From Vicugna vicugna (taxonomy: Eukaryota), in NCBI GenBank assembly GCA_013265495.1, contig MU058687.1, positions 806,001-870,000 of the forward strand: DNA of 64,000 nucleotides. The letters are read 5' to 3'. The notes under the pieces are model-generated. The model did no database searches and was not told the origin of the DNA. It was given only the letters and a program-made list of their open reading frames with translations. This document shows, in pieces, positions 22,590-35,675 of the stretch. Each line of letters starts with the position of its first letter. Positions within the stretch are counted from its first letter, which is position 1. The translations under genes and the position numbers were made by a program.

Positions 22590-23520
22590 AATTTTATTGT
22601 AAAAATAATATAACAACAATAGTCAAGGAGAAAAAGATGAATCCATGAATTCACAATCTTCCCACTCTAATACAGCAAATACTTTGTCATATTTCCTTTT
22701 AACCTTTGCTCAAGTATATGCTCTTACACTATTGTCATCACCTGTAGGTAGAATTTAAATTCTGATTTTTCACTTACCATCAGATTGTGCTTTATACAAT
22801 TCAACAATTTTCATATTTACCATCTTAATTGCTACATGATAGTGTATCTGAAGATGAATTACAATTTATTTAGACATTCTCCTGTTACATATTAAGATTG
22901 TTTTAAATTTTTATCTGGGGACATCCTGACACGTACAGCTTTTTTTCTTCTGTTAAAATGTTCCTGGTGGGGAATGGAAATAGCTCAGTGGTAGAGCGTA
23001 TGTTTAGCATGCCTGAGGTCCTGGGTTCAATCCCCAGCACCTCCATTAAAAAAAAATTTTCGTTTAGTATAGGGGGATTCATTAAACTATTCTTTATTTT
23101 GTACATTTGAAAAATCCTTATAAGAAACATTTTGAAAAGATTATTACTTTAGGATTAAGTCTGTGGACTAGAATGACTGTATCATAGATTTCAAACACTT
23201 TTATGGCTCTAGATATACTGGAGTATTGCTCTCTGAAAAGGTTGCTTCAAAACATATCAACATACCACGCAGAGTGCAGCCTCACCAGCATAGTGTACTG
23301 TTAATTTTCATAAATCAATAATAATCATCACAAATGATACTTCAGTGTTGCATTATCTACTTCTTTTATTATTTCTGAATTTGAACTTTTTCCATACATC
23401 TATTTACCAGCTGTGAAATTTTTCTGCTCATGTGCTTTAATATCTTAACTATTTGAGCTGTTGTTTGTCTCATAAATTTGAACGCATTCTTTACATGTTC
23501 ATTATTAAGCAGGCTGTTCT
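22590..23520 (-). mobile_element. Ancient L1ME-type fragment (contains a SINE)
   Basis: AT-rich block with acaatttatttagacattctcctgtt, gtattgctctctgaaaaggttg and cctcaccagca motifs typical of old antisense L1. Confidence 0.55.
22969..23056 (+). mobile_element. tRNA-Ala-derived SINE (Vic-1-like), short form
   Basis: ggggaatggaaatagctcagtggtagagcgtatgtttagcatgcctgaggtcctgggttcaatccccagcacctccatt(A)n. Pol III A and B boxes are intact. Confidence 0.88.
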
Positions 23521-25569
23521 ACAAGGCAGCCTCTGCTGTAAATATTCTGTCTCTGTCACAATGTATATGAACCATTGTCTACATGACAGTGTCTGGACTG
23601 CGGTGAGTGTGAGCACGTTGTAGACACTGAAGCTGAAATAGTAATTACTTGCTCAAAGTTATATAACAGGTAAATCAGGGCCCCAGGATTCCAGCCCAGA
23701 GTAGTCTGACTCCTGTGCTATCAACCCAGCCCAGACCATGTCAGAAGCTCAGCCTAGAAGCCTCTGCTCAGACCTGGGTGGGGGTGCTCCTTCCTCTGGT
23801 AGGTCCCAACCCTAGCCTCTCCACTGGATTGTCCAAGTGAGGTGAGGTCCTGGGACCCTCTCCCTGCACCGTACCTACTCCAGTTCTGTTGGTCCTTGGT
23901 GCCCAGGCCATAAGCAATCTCCCTGTTATCCTTTCCTGGCAGAAGCCAAACCTGGAGAGATATCAGAGTCCGGCACCTTCGGGCCCTTCCCCAGCGCTGT
24001 TGTCCCAGGACTTGGCTCCCATGAGCTACATGCTGCTCTCCTTCTGGTGCTACGAGCAGCAAATCCTCACCCTGAAAGCCCCAACCACGCCTCGATCTGC
24101 TTCCCAAGTTTGAGGGCTGGAGTGGGAGAGGGACCCGTTAGCCACCCCAGAAGCTCTAGTAGCTGTAATGGACCAGAATGGGGAGCCTAGCCCTCAGGGA
24201 CTTGCCCCTCATTCCCAGGAGAAGGTCAGCACAATCAGCTGCAGCAGAAAACACAATCCTTTCAATGGCTTCCAAGAGTGTGCCTAGGAGTGAGAGGTAA
24301 ATGAGCTGGTGAGTTGGCAGGAGTCTCTTCCTGGTGATACCTGGCTGGTACCATGGTTTAGCTTAGTGTCAGCATCACAGAGAGGTGAAGAGGGCCGATC
24401 AGGTTCTGCCCAGACCAACTGGGACATTTCTGAACTTGACATTGACAAAGAGCTCTCCAATCTAGTTAAGATGGCAGCTCAAAGGGTCCTGTGCTGGCAG
24501 TTTATTGTCACTGTTGTTATTGTTACTGTCACTTGTTTCTCTAATTGGAACTCAATGTTAATGGTCCCAAGATTCCTGAGTTCAAATTCCTGAAGAGCCA
24601 ATGTTTTAACTTTGCAGAGAAGAAAAAAAAAATGTACTCCTTAGTTGTCAAAAGGACCTGTCTGTACAGAGGAGTGAGGACAGGATTTGGGCCAGGCAGA
24701 TGTCAGTTCTGCCTCCCAATGGCAGTACGGCCTTGAGCCGCCACTGAGCTCCCCTGAGCCTCAGATTCCTCATCAGTGAAACAGGAATAGTGACTGCCAC
24801 CTCACTGGGCTGTGGTGAGAATGAAGAGAAACAGAAAGACCATGTGATTGTTTTGAAAGTATAAATAAGCAGTCACAAGTTGAAAACTATGCCAGAATTC
24901 AAAAATTCAAAGAAAGAAAAAATGTTCAGACAAAGTACCTCTCCCCAAGCCACTGAGAACTCTTCTGTATCTAAGCGGAATAAAAGACAACCCAAATATC
25001 TTTTACACTGTCCAAGCATCCTTACATATAAAGGGCCAAGTGTCTAATCTAGTATCAGCGTATTTTTAAAAACCAGAGCCTTCCGAGACCAGCGCGTTGT
25101 CCTCTACTGCTGTGATGAGGATTTGAGGTTAAATGACAAGTCAGAAAGTCCTGCCTTCTGAGAGGCCCACAGCCAAGTAAAGGAAGAAGCCCTGGTTCTT
25201 TGATAGGTCTTGTGTCTTATGCTGAAAGTGCCCCATAAGGAGATTGCTATCTCCCTTTATAAGCCCCAGCTCAGTACTTGGAGTTGGGCAGGGAGGGAGT
25301 CCCGCCATGAGTGGAGGGCTGTGGGCTCTCAGCTCGAATCTGGCTCCCAGAGAGTGGTGGCAACAGAGAAGTGAGAGATTCACTGAGAAGGTGACTTTCT
25401 TGGACTCCAGTTCCCGAGGGATGTTCTGTCCACTATCAGCCTTGGAAGAGCTGCTGCGATTTCATCAAAGGATAGTGGTTCTCAGACTCGCCTGGCACAA
25501 AATTATTTCTCTAGGATTGTTTCAGGGAAGTCCTGGCAAATCTGCCGCGATGGACCAGAACAGCCATCT

Positions 25570-25862
25570 CTAGACTTCAGGATTTCACGGATCAGTAAAA
25601 TTTTGAAACAAATTCAGGGGATCAGCAAAAAGTTGCCAACTTTTTATTTAGTTAAGACAGTAAAAAACACACACACACAACAACAACCAATTATTACTGC
25701 CATAATTTCATGAAAGAAAAGACATTTCAATGCCAGTAGGAAACATTTGAATAAGCTTAACTATATGGAAATCTCACCTCACTGACTTTATTTTCTTCAT
25801 TTCTTCATAGACCAATGAAAACTCCATCACAGACCAGCATGATGCCAAGGGGGAGACACTGG
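25570..25862. mobile_element. Non-autonomous hAT-like DNA transposon fragment; a related inverted copy lies at ~50090-50310
   Basis: gttgccaacttttttatttagttaag here resembles the reverse complement of cttggcaaaatgaaaagctggctac at ~50283-50307. Family not identified. Confidence 0.45.
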
Positions 25863-27022
25863 ACTACATAATCCACCAAGATTTGCTCTGGCCTGAGGCC
25901 TCTCGGGCTCTTTCAACCAATTTGGGAAGAAAACCTTCCCACCTCAGCTCGCTGGGATCTTCAGACCTAAGTGAAAACTTCCTGGACAGTGCATACTATA
26001 ATAATGCCACTCAGTTAAATGTGATGTGCCCACAACCCACCCAAAACACTAAGGTTTTCAAACAGTGATGGGGAGACAAGTACAGGAGGGGCTTTGTACC
26101 CTCCACTTCACCCACTTTTACCCCAGCCTGGAGGCTCCACTGTGCCTAATTTATAAATGGGCTTCTACATACTATTTTGTTTGATAAGTGTTCTGCTGCC
26201 GAAAGAAAGTTTTAAAATGTCCCTATAAGCTGTATAGAATAATTATAGCTCCCAAGGATTGAGCACTGAGCCAGGTGCTTTAAATGCATCATCTTATTCA
26301 CATTATTTTATTGGATAAAAAAAAATTAGTTGCAGAATAATATGGACAGTATACTTCTAGTTTTGTATTTTGAGAAAAACCTCTCTCTCTCCCCTCTAGA
26401 TATTTCTATAGACATAGGAAAGTTCTGGAAGGACCTGTAAACAATGGCTGGTCCTTGACAATGAGAGTGCCTGTATATGTGTAACTACCATCTTAAAATT
26501 TATGTTTCCACATTTTTGGAATTTTCTCAGTAAAAATGTTTTACAGTAAATGTAAATATGCGTTATTTTATAATAAAAATAAATGTCAATTTTTTTTCCT
26601 GGCATCTCCAATTTATAGATAAGGAATCTGAGGCTCAGGAGGGATGGCCTTGGCTTGATTTTCCCAGGACCAAACTTTGTGTGGCTCTTTCCACTTTCCC
26701 ATTCTGCTTCCCTCCTCCTCTTAGCCCTCCCCTAATAAATCACACACTCATCACGTCCCAGCTCCACCTCTAGGAGACTCTGACCTAAGACCCTTGTAAA
26801 TGTCCAAAATGATGGATGAATGAGATTATTCATAGCAGCACTATTTTGAAATAGCAAAATATTTTACAAAGAACTGAAACAACTTAAGTGTCACTTCGCA
26901 GGGGATTGGTTAAACAAACTAAGAGATCCACAGGATGGAGTCCTAAGCGCTTAAAACAGAAAGACACAGCTGTTTTACATCCATAGGGAAAGCTCTCCAA
27001 GGGATATAGAAAAGTGAAAAAA

Positions 27023-27317
27023 CAGCCCAAATCTGGCCCACAATTTTTTGTATAGACTATGACCTAACAATTTTTTTTAATATTTTTAAGTAGTTGGAAA
27101 AAATCAAAAGAAGAATATTTCATGACATGAGAAAACAATATGAAATTCAAATTTAAGTTTCCATAAATACAGTTTAATTGGAACAGAGCCACACTCATTG
27201 TCTACAACTGCTTTTGCACTACAGTGGCAGAGCTGAGTTGCTGCAGAAACCATATGTCATACAAAGCCTAAAATATTTACTATCTGGCCTTTTATGGAAA
27301 GAGTTTGCTGATTCTTG
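27023..27317 (+). mobile_element. MER58B-like hAT-Charlie element inside an old L1
   Basis: cagcccaaatctggccca...aaaatcaaaagaagaatatttcatgacatg...aaagcctaaaatatttactatctggcc...gtttgctgattcttg. Confidence 0.85.
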
Positions 27318-29622
27318 TTGTGGGGCATGTAAATCTTGGTGTAAAAATAAAGAAAATAAGGATACATGTTGAATTTATTCGCATATTCATAAAGCAATCT
27401 TGGAAGGATACCCTGGGAATTAACAAGTGGTTTCCTATGTGTGTGTATGTGGCGGGGTAGGAGAGTAGGAAGTGGGTGGGAATGAACTGGTGCTACCATT
27501 TAATGAATGGCTTACTCTGTGCCAACAATGCACGTCACATGCATCATTTCATTAAAGCCTCGCCATAAACCTAGAAGTTAGATACTCAGCATCCCCATTT
27601 TACAGTCAAGAAAACAGAGGGTAGGGAGGCTCTATGCCTTGCTGAAGGTTGCAGAACTCCTAAGTGCAGAAGCCAGATTACCAACCAAGGTAAGTTCAGC
27701 CTCAAGCCACCCCACCATTGTCATTTCTCTATTGCTATTTCACTGAGGTTTTGAGGGATTAAAAGAGCTGTAGGTTCAGGTCCATATAGTGGAGGGTCTG
27801 AAACATCAGGGAGGTGTCTGGACTGTACTGAAGGGTAAGGGGGCAGCCCTGGAGATGTTGGAGCAGCCCACCCTCTTCACTCATTCAACAAACACTACCA
27901 CATGCCAGACGCTGAGGTTCAAGGATGGCAAAGAACTTCTTACCCACTCCACTCCAATGGAGGCTAGGCAAAGGAACCAGCCTCCAACAAAGTTGTGGGG
28001 GCCCAGAAGGAGCCATGTATTAGCCTTTAGAGGCTCATGGTCTTCAAGCCAGTCTAGGACATGATGGAATGGGTCTTTTCAAATGCTTATTACTCTGGTG
28101 AAAGATTACCCACTGGTGGATAGACCAGAAAGGGGAGGGTTGGAGGCAAGGCTTTGGATGTGGCCTAAGCTAGCAGGGACCAAGGATGGAACTAAGAAGA
28201 AGGCATGGATTCAAGGGATATTTAACACATAGGTAGTTCCCAGCTGTGGCTTAGACACATGGGTGGAGAGGGTTCTAAGAGCTAAGAATCTCAACTAGGG
28301 ATCCAAGAAGTGGCTTGGTTTGGGACATGATGAGTGCTGGTGCCTCAGGATGGCTCTCCAGGGGGAAATACCCAGGAGGCAGCACTCAAGAGTGAGGCTG
28401 GGGCTTCGGACACAGTCAAGGGAGTTATGGTGGAGAGGTGGTGGCTGTGGGGATGATATCACCAGGGGAGAGTATGAGTAACAAACCACTATTCAGAGTT
28501 CCACTGCTGGACTGAGGTGTTAACCCTGCTAACACTTTCCAATTTCAAAGGGGGAAATGCATTAATCAACAAATTGGTCTCAGTTTTAGGTTTTGCTCTC
28601 ATAAATTTGTCTCCAACCTTTGGCACTTGCTACTGCTCTTCTGCTTACACACGATAAAGCAAATGAAAAGCAGTAAAGGAATATTGATGGAAAAATGTGG
28701 CAACAGCTCATCACTTCACTTGACGGCTTGCTCTTTTCAGGGATACATGCGTGTGCCTATAGCAGGTTTTATTTTGCGCACACAGACGTCTGTCATAGTT
28801 TCTACTAATAAAACTGTTCCCAGCTCTAATCATGGAATTAATTACACTGATAGTTCCTGGTATTTCTTATGACTTCCAGGTGCTCTGACACCTAAACACT
28901 TTGGGAAAAACAGGAATAAAGAGAGAATAAATAAGGGCAGAGGAGTAGCTCTGGGGAGCAACAGTGCTTGAGGGGCAGACAGAGGAAGAGGCTGTGGAGA
29001 TGTCAGAGAGGTAGGAGGGGACAGGGGAGAGCTTGAAGACAGGAGAGCATTCACTCCATCTCTGCTTCTGGACTTGCTGTGACTGCAGCTCATTACAGTG
29101 AACATGCCCTGGCACCTCCTGAGTGGCTCAATCTCCCCTGAGAATCTGGGTCCTGGTGAGGCAGGCAGAAGCCCTCGCAGAGCTCTGCTCCCTCTCTCCT
29201 CCTCATTGACTAGACAGGTCTCATGCCCAGGCATGGTTAGACGGCCCTTGTGCTGAACCCCCAGGGATCTAGTGTTTCCAGACCTCATGCCCCAGCCCCC
29301 ACTGCAAATCTGCCCTGCCCTGGCAGGGAACAAGTGGGCACTCATCCCTGGAGGGTGAAGAGGAGGGAACACTGTGGCCTTGGCACAGAGCCAGGAGCCT
29401 GCTGATTCTAGGTAATATATTGTTTGGGGGCCGAGCAGGTGAGGCCCATGCTGGGCTAAAATAGTAGCCACCAATCCCCAGCCTCTTGTTATCCTATGTG
29501 CTAAGTTGATGGGTTCCCAGACATCACTGTAAGGAAGGGAGGACTTGAACTCTGTCCCGCTTGTCTTAGACAATAATAATGAACATTTATTGAGCACTAA
29601 TTCTGTGTTGTGTATTAACTGC

Positions 29623-29763
29623 TTTTTTTTGTAGGGGGGTAATTAGGTTTATTATTAATTATTAATTATTATTATTAATTATTTTTAATTGAGGTACTGG
29701 GGATTGAACCCAGGACCTCGTGCATGCTAAGCATGCACTCTACCACTGAGTTATACCCTCCCC
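29623..29763 (-). mobile_element. tRNA-Ala-derived SINE (Vic-1-like), long-tail form, in a MIR
   Basis: gaggtactggggattgaacccaggacctcgtgcatgctaagcatgcactctaccactgagttataccctcccc. TSD tgtattaa(c/t)tg(c/t)t at 29611-29623 and 29764-29776. Confidence 0.9.
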
Positions 29764-29904
29764 TGTATTAATTGTTATATTTGCATTATGTTATCTAATC
29801 TTCACAATCACCTTGGGGGCTAGGTACTGTTATTAACTCCATAAGAAAAGGAAACTGAGGCACAGAGAGGTTAAGGAACTTGTCCAAGGTCATTCATCTA
29901 GAAT

Positions 29905-30103
29905 CTCAATGTCCAATAGAACTTTCTGTGATGAGGGAAATGCTCTCTAGTCTGTGCTATCCAATGTGCCAGCTACTAGCCACTAGCCATTAGCCACTTG
30001 GGGCTCTTAAGCACTTGGTAATGCAGGTGATATGACTGAGTTCTACGTTAAATTAAATTTAAATAGCCCTTTGTAACTGATGGCTACCGTACTGAACAGC
30101 CCA
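29905..30103 (+). mobile_element. MER3-like hAT-Charlie element
   Basis: tgtccaatagaactttctgtgatga...ctgtgctatccaat...actagccac...aaattaaatttaaatagcc...tggctaccgtactgaacagc. Confidence 0.8.
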
Positions 30104-33100
30104 GTATAGAAAAAGGAGGGGTTGGGATTTGAACCCCTAAAGTCTATCTTGGCTTGTAGCCATGAAGTTAGAAGGTTCCCCTGCCTACTCTCACTGCATT
30201 CTTCATCCCCAGGCACTTGGGTTCCCTGACTGTCCTGGCCTGAGGGAATCTGCACCCTCCTCAACTTCTCTGTCCTGCCCCCACACTGCAATATGTATCA
30301 TCAGATGTCAGGAGGGTGTAGCAGGAAAGAGAATGAATTTCCAGAAGACCTGGACCCAGGACCATGTCACAGGGGACCAGGTTCCAGCACAGCAGGAGGA
30401 AAGACTTCTACAAAGCCAGGGTTGCCCAGTGACATGGCGGTCCCTGGAGAGGCAGGAGCACCACGTCCCTGGAATCACGGAGCTGGTCTCTGCCCGTGCC
30501 TGAAAGGAAGCAGCAGGCATTCCTGCTCAGGGTGGGGCTCTGGGCCCATGGCTTCTGAGAGATCCAGCCCCCGCCTGCTGCCTGGCACAGGATGCGGCAT
30601 TGCCAACCCCTGCACCCTCACTCCCTGGTGCCCTCCCGAAAGGGCCGAGAACTTGCCTCCCCAATCTGGGTCAAGACCTCTCCTACTGCTGGTCCTCTGT
30701 GCCCACTCGCCTGACCCCTTTGGCCTCACTGGTCAGCCCAAGGCCCCCACCCAGCCCCACCTGGCCACCTGTGAGTCACATCCCCCTGCTCTGAGATCTA
30801 TGCCTTTAGCTTTTTCTTGGCCACACCCAGGTCTGAGAAGAGCTCAGGCACACAGACTCCAGGGGATGGTCCTGGTAGGCTGAGGGGTGGGGAGGGGTCA
30901 GAACCCGTGGGAGCCTCTCCTGCCCAGAACTGCACCCTGTTCTGCTCGCCCAGGGGCTTGGGAGAGAACACAGCACCCTGCTTCCTTGCAGGAAAATGAG
31001 AGGCGGAGGCTAGCAGAGCCTTGCACATCCCGGAGACACTGAGCCCGGGCCTGAGGCCTAGTTCCTGCCTCTGTAGCAGCCTTACATAAGTACTGCCTCA
31101 GTCTCCCAAGGGTCCAGAGAGCCCCCTGAGCCTCGTCGCTCTCCTGCACCCTCCAGACCCCTCATGCCTCAGTCATTAGAATGCTTTTCCACTGAGTAGC
31201 CTGTCTCACAGGCTGCCAAGTGCCTGCCCCTTGAGACTCAGCATCCCTTTTTTCTCTCCAGGATGGGCCAGGGAGCTGGGTAGGAAGCTCAGCTTCCTGG
31301 GGTCACATCTGGGACACCTCAGGGGGCAGAGAAAGGAGAAGAAGGTGCCTGGACGGGCTGCCCAGGGCCCAAGGAAATGTCTCTCATTTTCTACACACGT
31401 GTCATTTTGCCCCAGTGTCAAACTGCCCAGCAATCCATCTCTTCCACCAAGAAGGGAATAAAGAAAGGGCCTCTCCAAGAGCTCCTTTGCGTCCTTCAGG
31501 ACCACCAAAAGAGCTACAGCTTGGCCAGAAACACAGACCCCCCAGAGGAGGAAGGAGGGACCAGATCTTACCCTCTTTATACCCTCCATGGAGACATCAC
31601 AGTTCTGGGCACACAGCTGCCGTCCCCCAAACAGTTATCACATTGAACTCTGACCTCCTCTGTGGCTCCCATCTCTCCAGCACAGGCTGGGCCCCACACA
31701 CAGGCAGCCGGGGGGCAGTCAGCAGTCTGAAGCCTTTGGCTCCAGGTTCCCCCAGGAAGACTTGTCAGCTCTTGGGGACCCTGGAAGTCACAAATTCATC
31801 ATCTAACCAGTTCCAAGGTGCCCTTATGAACACCTCAGAAGGTGTACGGACCCATGTGGGCACTGAGGGAAAAGCACCTGCCTCTGAGAGTTTACAATTC
31901 AGGCATGGAGGTGGGAGGCGGGGGAGGGCTAGCACACCTGGTGCCTTTGTGGGGATTAGAAAAGGGGCTCGAGTGCAGCCAGTTTAGAGGCTGCTCTGCT
32001 CTCTTCAGGCGGATACGGCACTGTGTGAGGACTGGGCGATCAAAATGCAGGCTAGATTTTTAGCCCCATTCACACCCTGACCTTTGTGTGGGGTGCAACA
32101 CACACACCCCCATGCACAGAGGCCCTGGGACAAGACCCTGTACTTGAGTGGTACATACTATCTAACAGTGGAAAAGCAGCAGTTGCTAGGAGTCTCATGT
32201 CTAGGTGAGCTGCCTGGCCAAGATGCTTCAGGCCTCCCTAGACTGGTGCCTGGGTCTGGGTGCCTGGGGAAGACTTCCTAGAGGTTGTGTGATGTTCTAG
32301 AGGAAAGGGTGGAGAGGGCAGAGTCCACTGAAGGCAGAGAGAACCATGAGCAGCAAGGGATAGATCCAGAATGTGCTAGTGATGGTGTTCAAGGGGGTAA
32401 GGAGGCCTGTTTGGTTAAAGGGAAAATGGGAGGGGCCAAGGATGATGATAAATAATAGCAAATAGCTACCTAGTGTTTATTATGTGCCACGTACTATTCT
32501 AAGCACTTTATATATATTAACTAGTTTAATCATCACTAAAATTAGGGAGGAAGTATTATTATCCCCATTTTACAGATGATGCACAGAGTAGCTAGGTAGC
32601 TTGCCCAAGATCACACAGCTAATGATGAACAGAGCTGGGGATCAAACACAGATGGCCTACATCTGCATCTGGTTCCTGAGCCTGTTCTCTAAACCTCTCT
32701 ACTATATCATGGCTTGAGAGTTATGCTTTGGGACTGTGCTGTAGAGCCAAAAGTCTGGGTCTTATCCTTTGGATCTCATGTATAAAAGGGAAGCCTTGAA
32801 GGAAGATGTTTTTACTAGGAAGGAACAAGATTAAAAATGGTCTGTTAGGAAGGCAATCACAGGCATCTCCCCCCCGGGGTCCCTGCCAGCCCCTACCACC
32901 CACACAGCCTAACCAAGAGCGCACTCCTCCCCACCCTCACCTCCCAGAAGACTTCTCAGGGCATTTGTGATCCCCAGGGGGTGGCAGGGGTGAGCCGGTG
33001 AAGTTTCTGGAGCCCCAGGACTCCACACACACCCACCTGGGTCAAGTAACAGCTCTGCTGACTGAGCCCCAGGCACGGAACAAACATCAGCTTAGAAAGC

Positions 33101-35612
33101 TCCCCAGTGCCCTGAGAGGTGTGTCTCACTCTCCCCATGCGTGACATCTGCAGTGCGGAGAAAGTAAGTCTCTGGCCCTAGCTCACATGTCTCACGAACG
33201 ACAAAACCCAGAATTCGAACCAGGTCTGTCGGACTCCAAAGCTCATCACGCCCCTCCCACCACTGCACCCTAATTAGCTCATGTTCTGTGATTTCCAAAG
33301 AAACACATGAAAAAAGGAAGTGGTTGGGGAGGTGAAGAGGTGAAGGGAAAGAAAACACAAGTCAGGGCCTACGGGGACCTGGCAAGTGCTACAGATCAGT
33401 GGAGGGGGAGGCGGGGGATTGAGCTAGGATCCCTTCCCAAAGCCACAAAGAACTTGGTATATGGACTTCTCACCACCACCAAACTGGCCGTAAGATGCCC
33501 ACCTCCTGAACTCTGAGTTCCAAGCCTGTGGTCTTTGGGACCCTCAACCATCCATATATGCTGCTCACTGCACCCCCCTACCCCGAGAGCTTAGCAGGTC
33601 TGCCTTATCAGAGAGCAAACACAGGCCGCTGACTTCAGATGAGTTTACCCCACTTCTGGACCTGCCTGGACAGGCCCATTGTAGACAAAAGCAGCTGGTA
33701 CCTGGGTCAAGGATATACTTCTCAGGGGATGGCCAAAGTCTTGGTAGCCTGTAGCCAGACTGCTTTTCCAGGGCCTGGAACTCTACGCTGGGACCCTAAA
33801 CAAAAGGAGATTTCTAAAAGACGTGGGAGCCCAACCTGAAAAGCCCCCATTCAGCCCAAACCTACCAACTGATTATATGCCAGACATATGCTACAGGCAC
33901 TTCATTTTAAAATTTTTACTAGGCTCTGTACGCTTGGGAGCTACTTGATTAGTGTAATCCTATGCTGTAAAAACTATCACCCCCATTTTACAGAAGAGAA
34001 AACTGAGGCACAGAGAAGCTGTTTATCAGCACAATATCACCTAGGGTGACGTCACAAGCCTGAGCTCTGTACCTTTGGTGGATGACATCCCCCAACCTAC
34101 TGTTCACCCTTGGCTATGACAGGAAACCTCACCAGAACCAGAAACACATTATGAGTGTTCTGGGCGAACTCTCAGAGTTTCCAGTTACCGCTGCTGCTGT
34201 AAAGAAAAGGCTCAGGTAACCCCAGAGTCTAGGGACAAAGAGTGGGTGCCATTTATAGGACACTTAAAAGGTGCCAGGTGCGTTTACATATATTAGTAAA
34301 TCCTCCTGACATTTCTACAAGGTAGTGGTGGGCAGCCCCATCTTACAGATGAGAACATTGAGGTTCGTGAGGCTAAATCACTTGCTCTAGGCAACATAAC
34401 TGTTAGGTGGCAGAGCTGGGATTCAAACCCAGACTTATCTAACCATAAGACATAAATTACGTCACAATTTCTCCTTCACACACTATTGCCTGCTGTAGGG
34501 GCTCTGACCTTGGCCTGAGAACCTCAAAAAAAGAAAGAAACGTGGAATCAGTTTGTTCCCTAAGGGTGTGGCTTGGCTGGGGTCTCAAGAGAATACCCCC
34601 AGAACAGTACCAGATTCCCTCAAGAGGCTCTGATGTAGCCCCCATCCTCGCTGGCTGGGTGCACACTTGGGTGGACATGTTAGGTAGTGGTGAAGGGCTG
34701 AGGCTCCGGGAGGAAACTGTGGTGTAGGCGGCTGTCTGGAAGCAGAAATGTGGTAGCTCCAGAGGTTTTGCTTTGCAATCTTCATTTTGCAAGGAATGGG
34801 GATTTTTTTTTCTTTTCAAAAAGCCCTGGACTTCCTTGAATTTTAGACCTTTCACAAATATTTTTTTAGGAGAAAAAAGAAGAAAAAAAAAAACCCCACA
34901 AAATGCCTGTTGCAACTACTCACTTCCACAATGAATCACGGACACAAAACCACAGCTATGTGGCTAACAAAGGAACTATGTGTTTTCACATTTTGTTATT
35001 GGAAATCATTTAGCAATCTTCACTATGTCATCTGCAGACAGACAGACAGACACGCAGACACACCCCTCTGGGTCCCAAGCTGCCAGTTTTACAACCACAG
35101 TCATCAGATGACTTTGCATTTCACCCATTTTCCCTTTCTAATCCTTTTCTGGAAAGTTACCCTGCAAGGCTTAAACCTTCCTCCTTAGCCCCTCTCCGGA
35201 GGTGGGGGGTGCGTGTGCACATGTGTGCATGCCAGTGATTGGAGGAGGAATGCTAAGCCACTGATTCAGTTAATTCCACAAGTGGGAACAAGTAGACATT
35301 TCAGAGTCCCTTTTTTATTACTGTTATCATAATAGCACTTTACTTTGGTAAAGTGATTTTCACCTGGGAAGCTGACAGTGCCTTTTCTGACAGTGGCAAA
35401 TTAATTAACTGATGGCAGATTTACAGATTGCATAACTGGAAAAACTACTGGACCCATAAATCAGAAACTTCCTCTATGTTCTGGACCAGGGGTGAAACCT
35501 GATATATATTTGAAAACCTTGAGCTCAAAAGGAGAATTCAGAGCCTAAGAAATCTCCATTATGATTTTTGAGGCATGTTCTCTCAGCACAGCTTTCCACC
35601 CACGCCCTGTCT

Positions 35613-35630
35613 CACACACACACACACGCA

Positions 35631-35673
<43 letters not shown>
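35613..35673. repeat. Interrupted (CA)n microsatellite
   Basis: About 60 bp of CA with two interruptions. Confidence 0.95.

Positions 35674-35675
<2 letters not shown>

Noticed and set aside
22969..23045. Possible tRNA-Ala(AGC) gene
   Set aside because: The acceptor stem is poor, it ends in an A tail rather than a T-run terminator, and it matches four other SINE copies in the window.
28842..29597. 251-aa minus-strand ORF
   Set aside because: Starts in a MIR tail, is low complexity and shows no protein family resemblance.
34047..34054. Perfect CRE palindrome TGACGTCA
   Set aside because: A single 8-mer at the edge of a MIR; about one is expected by chance in a window of this size.
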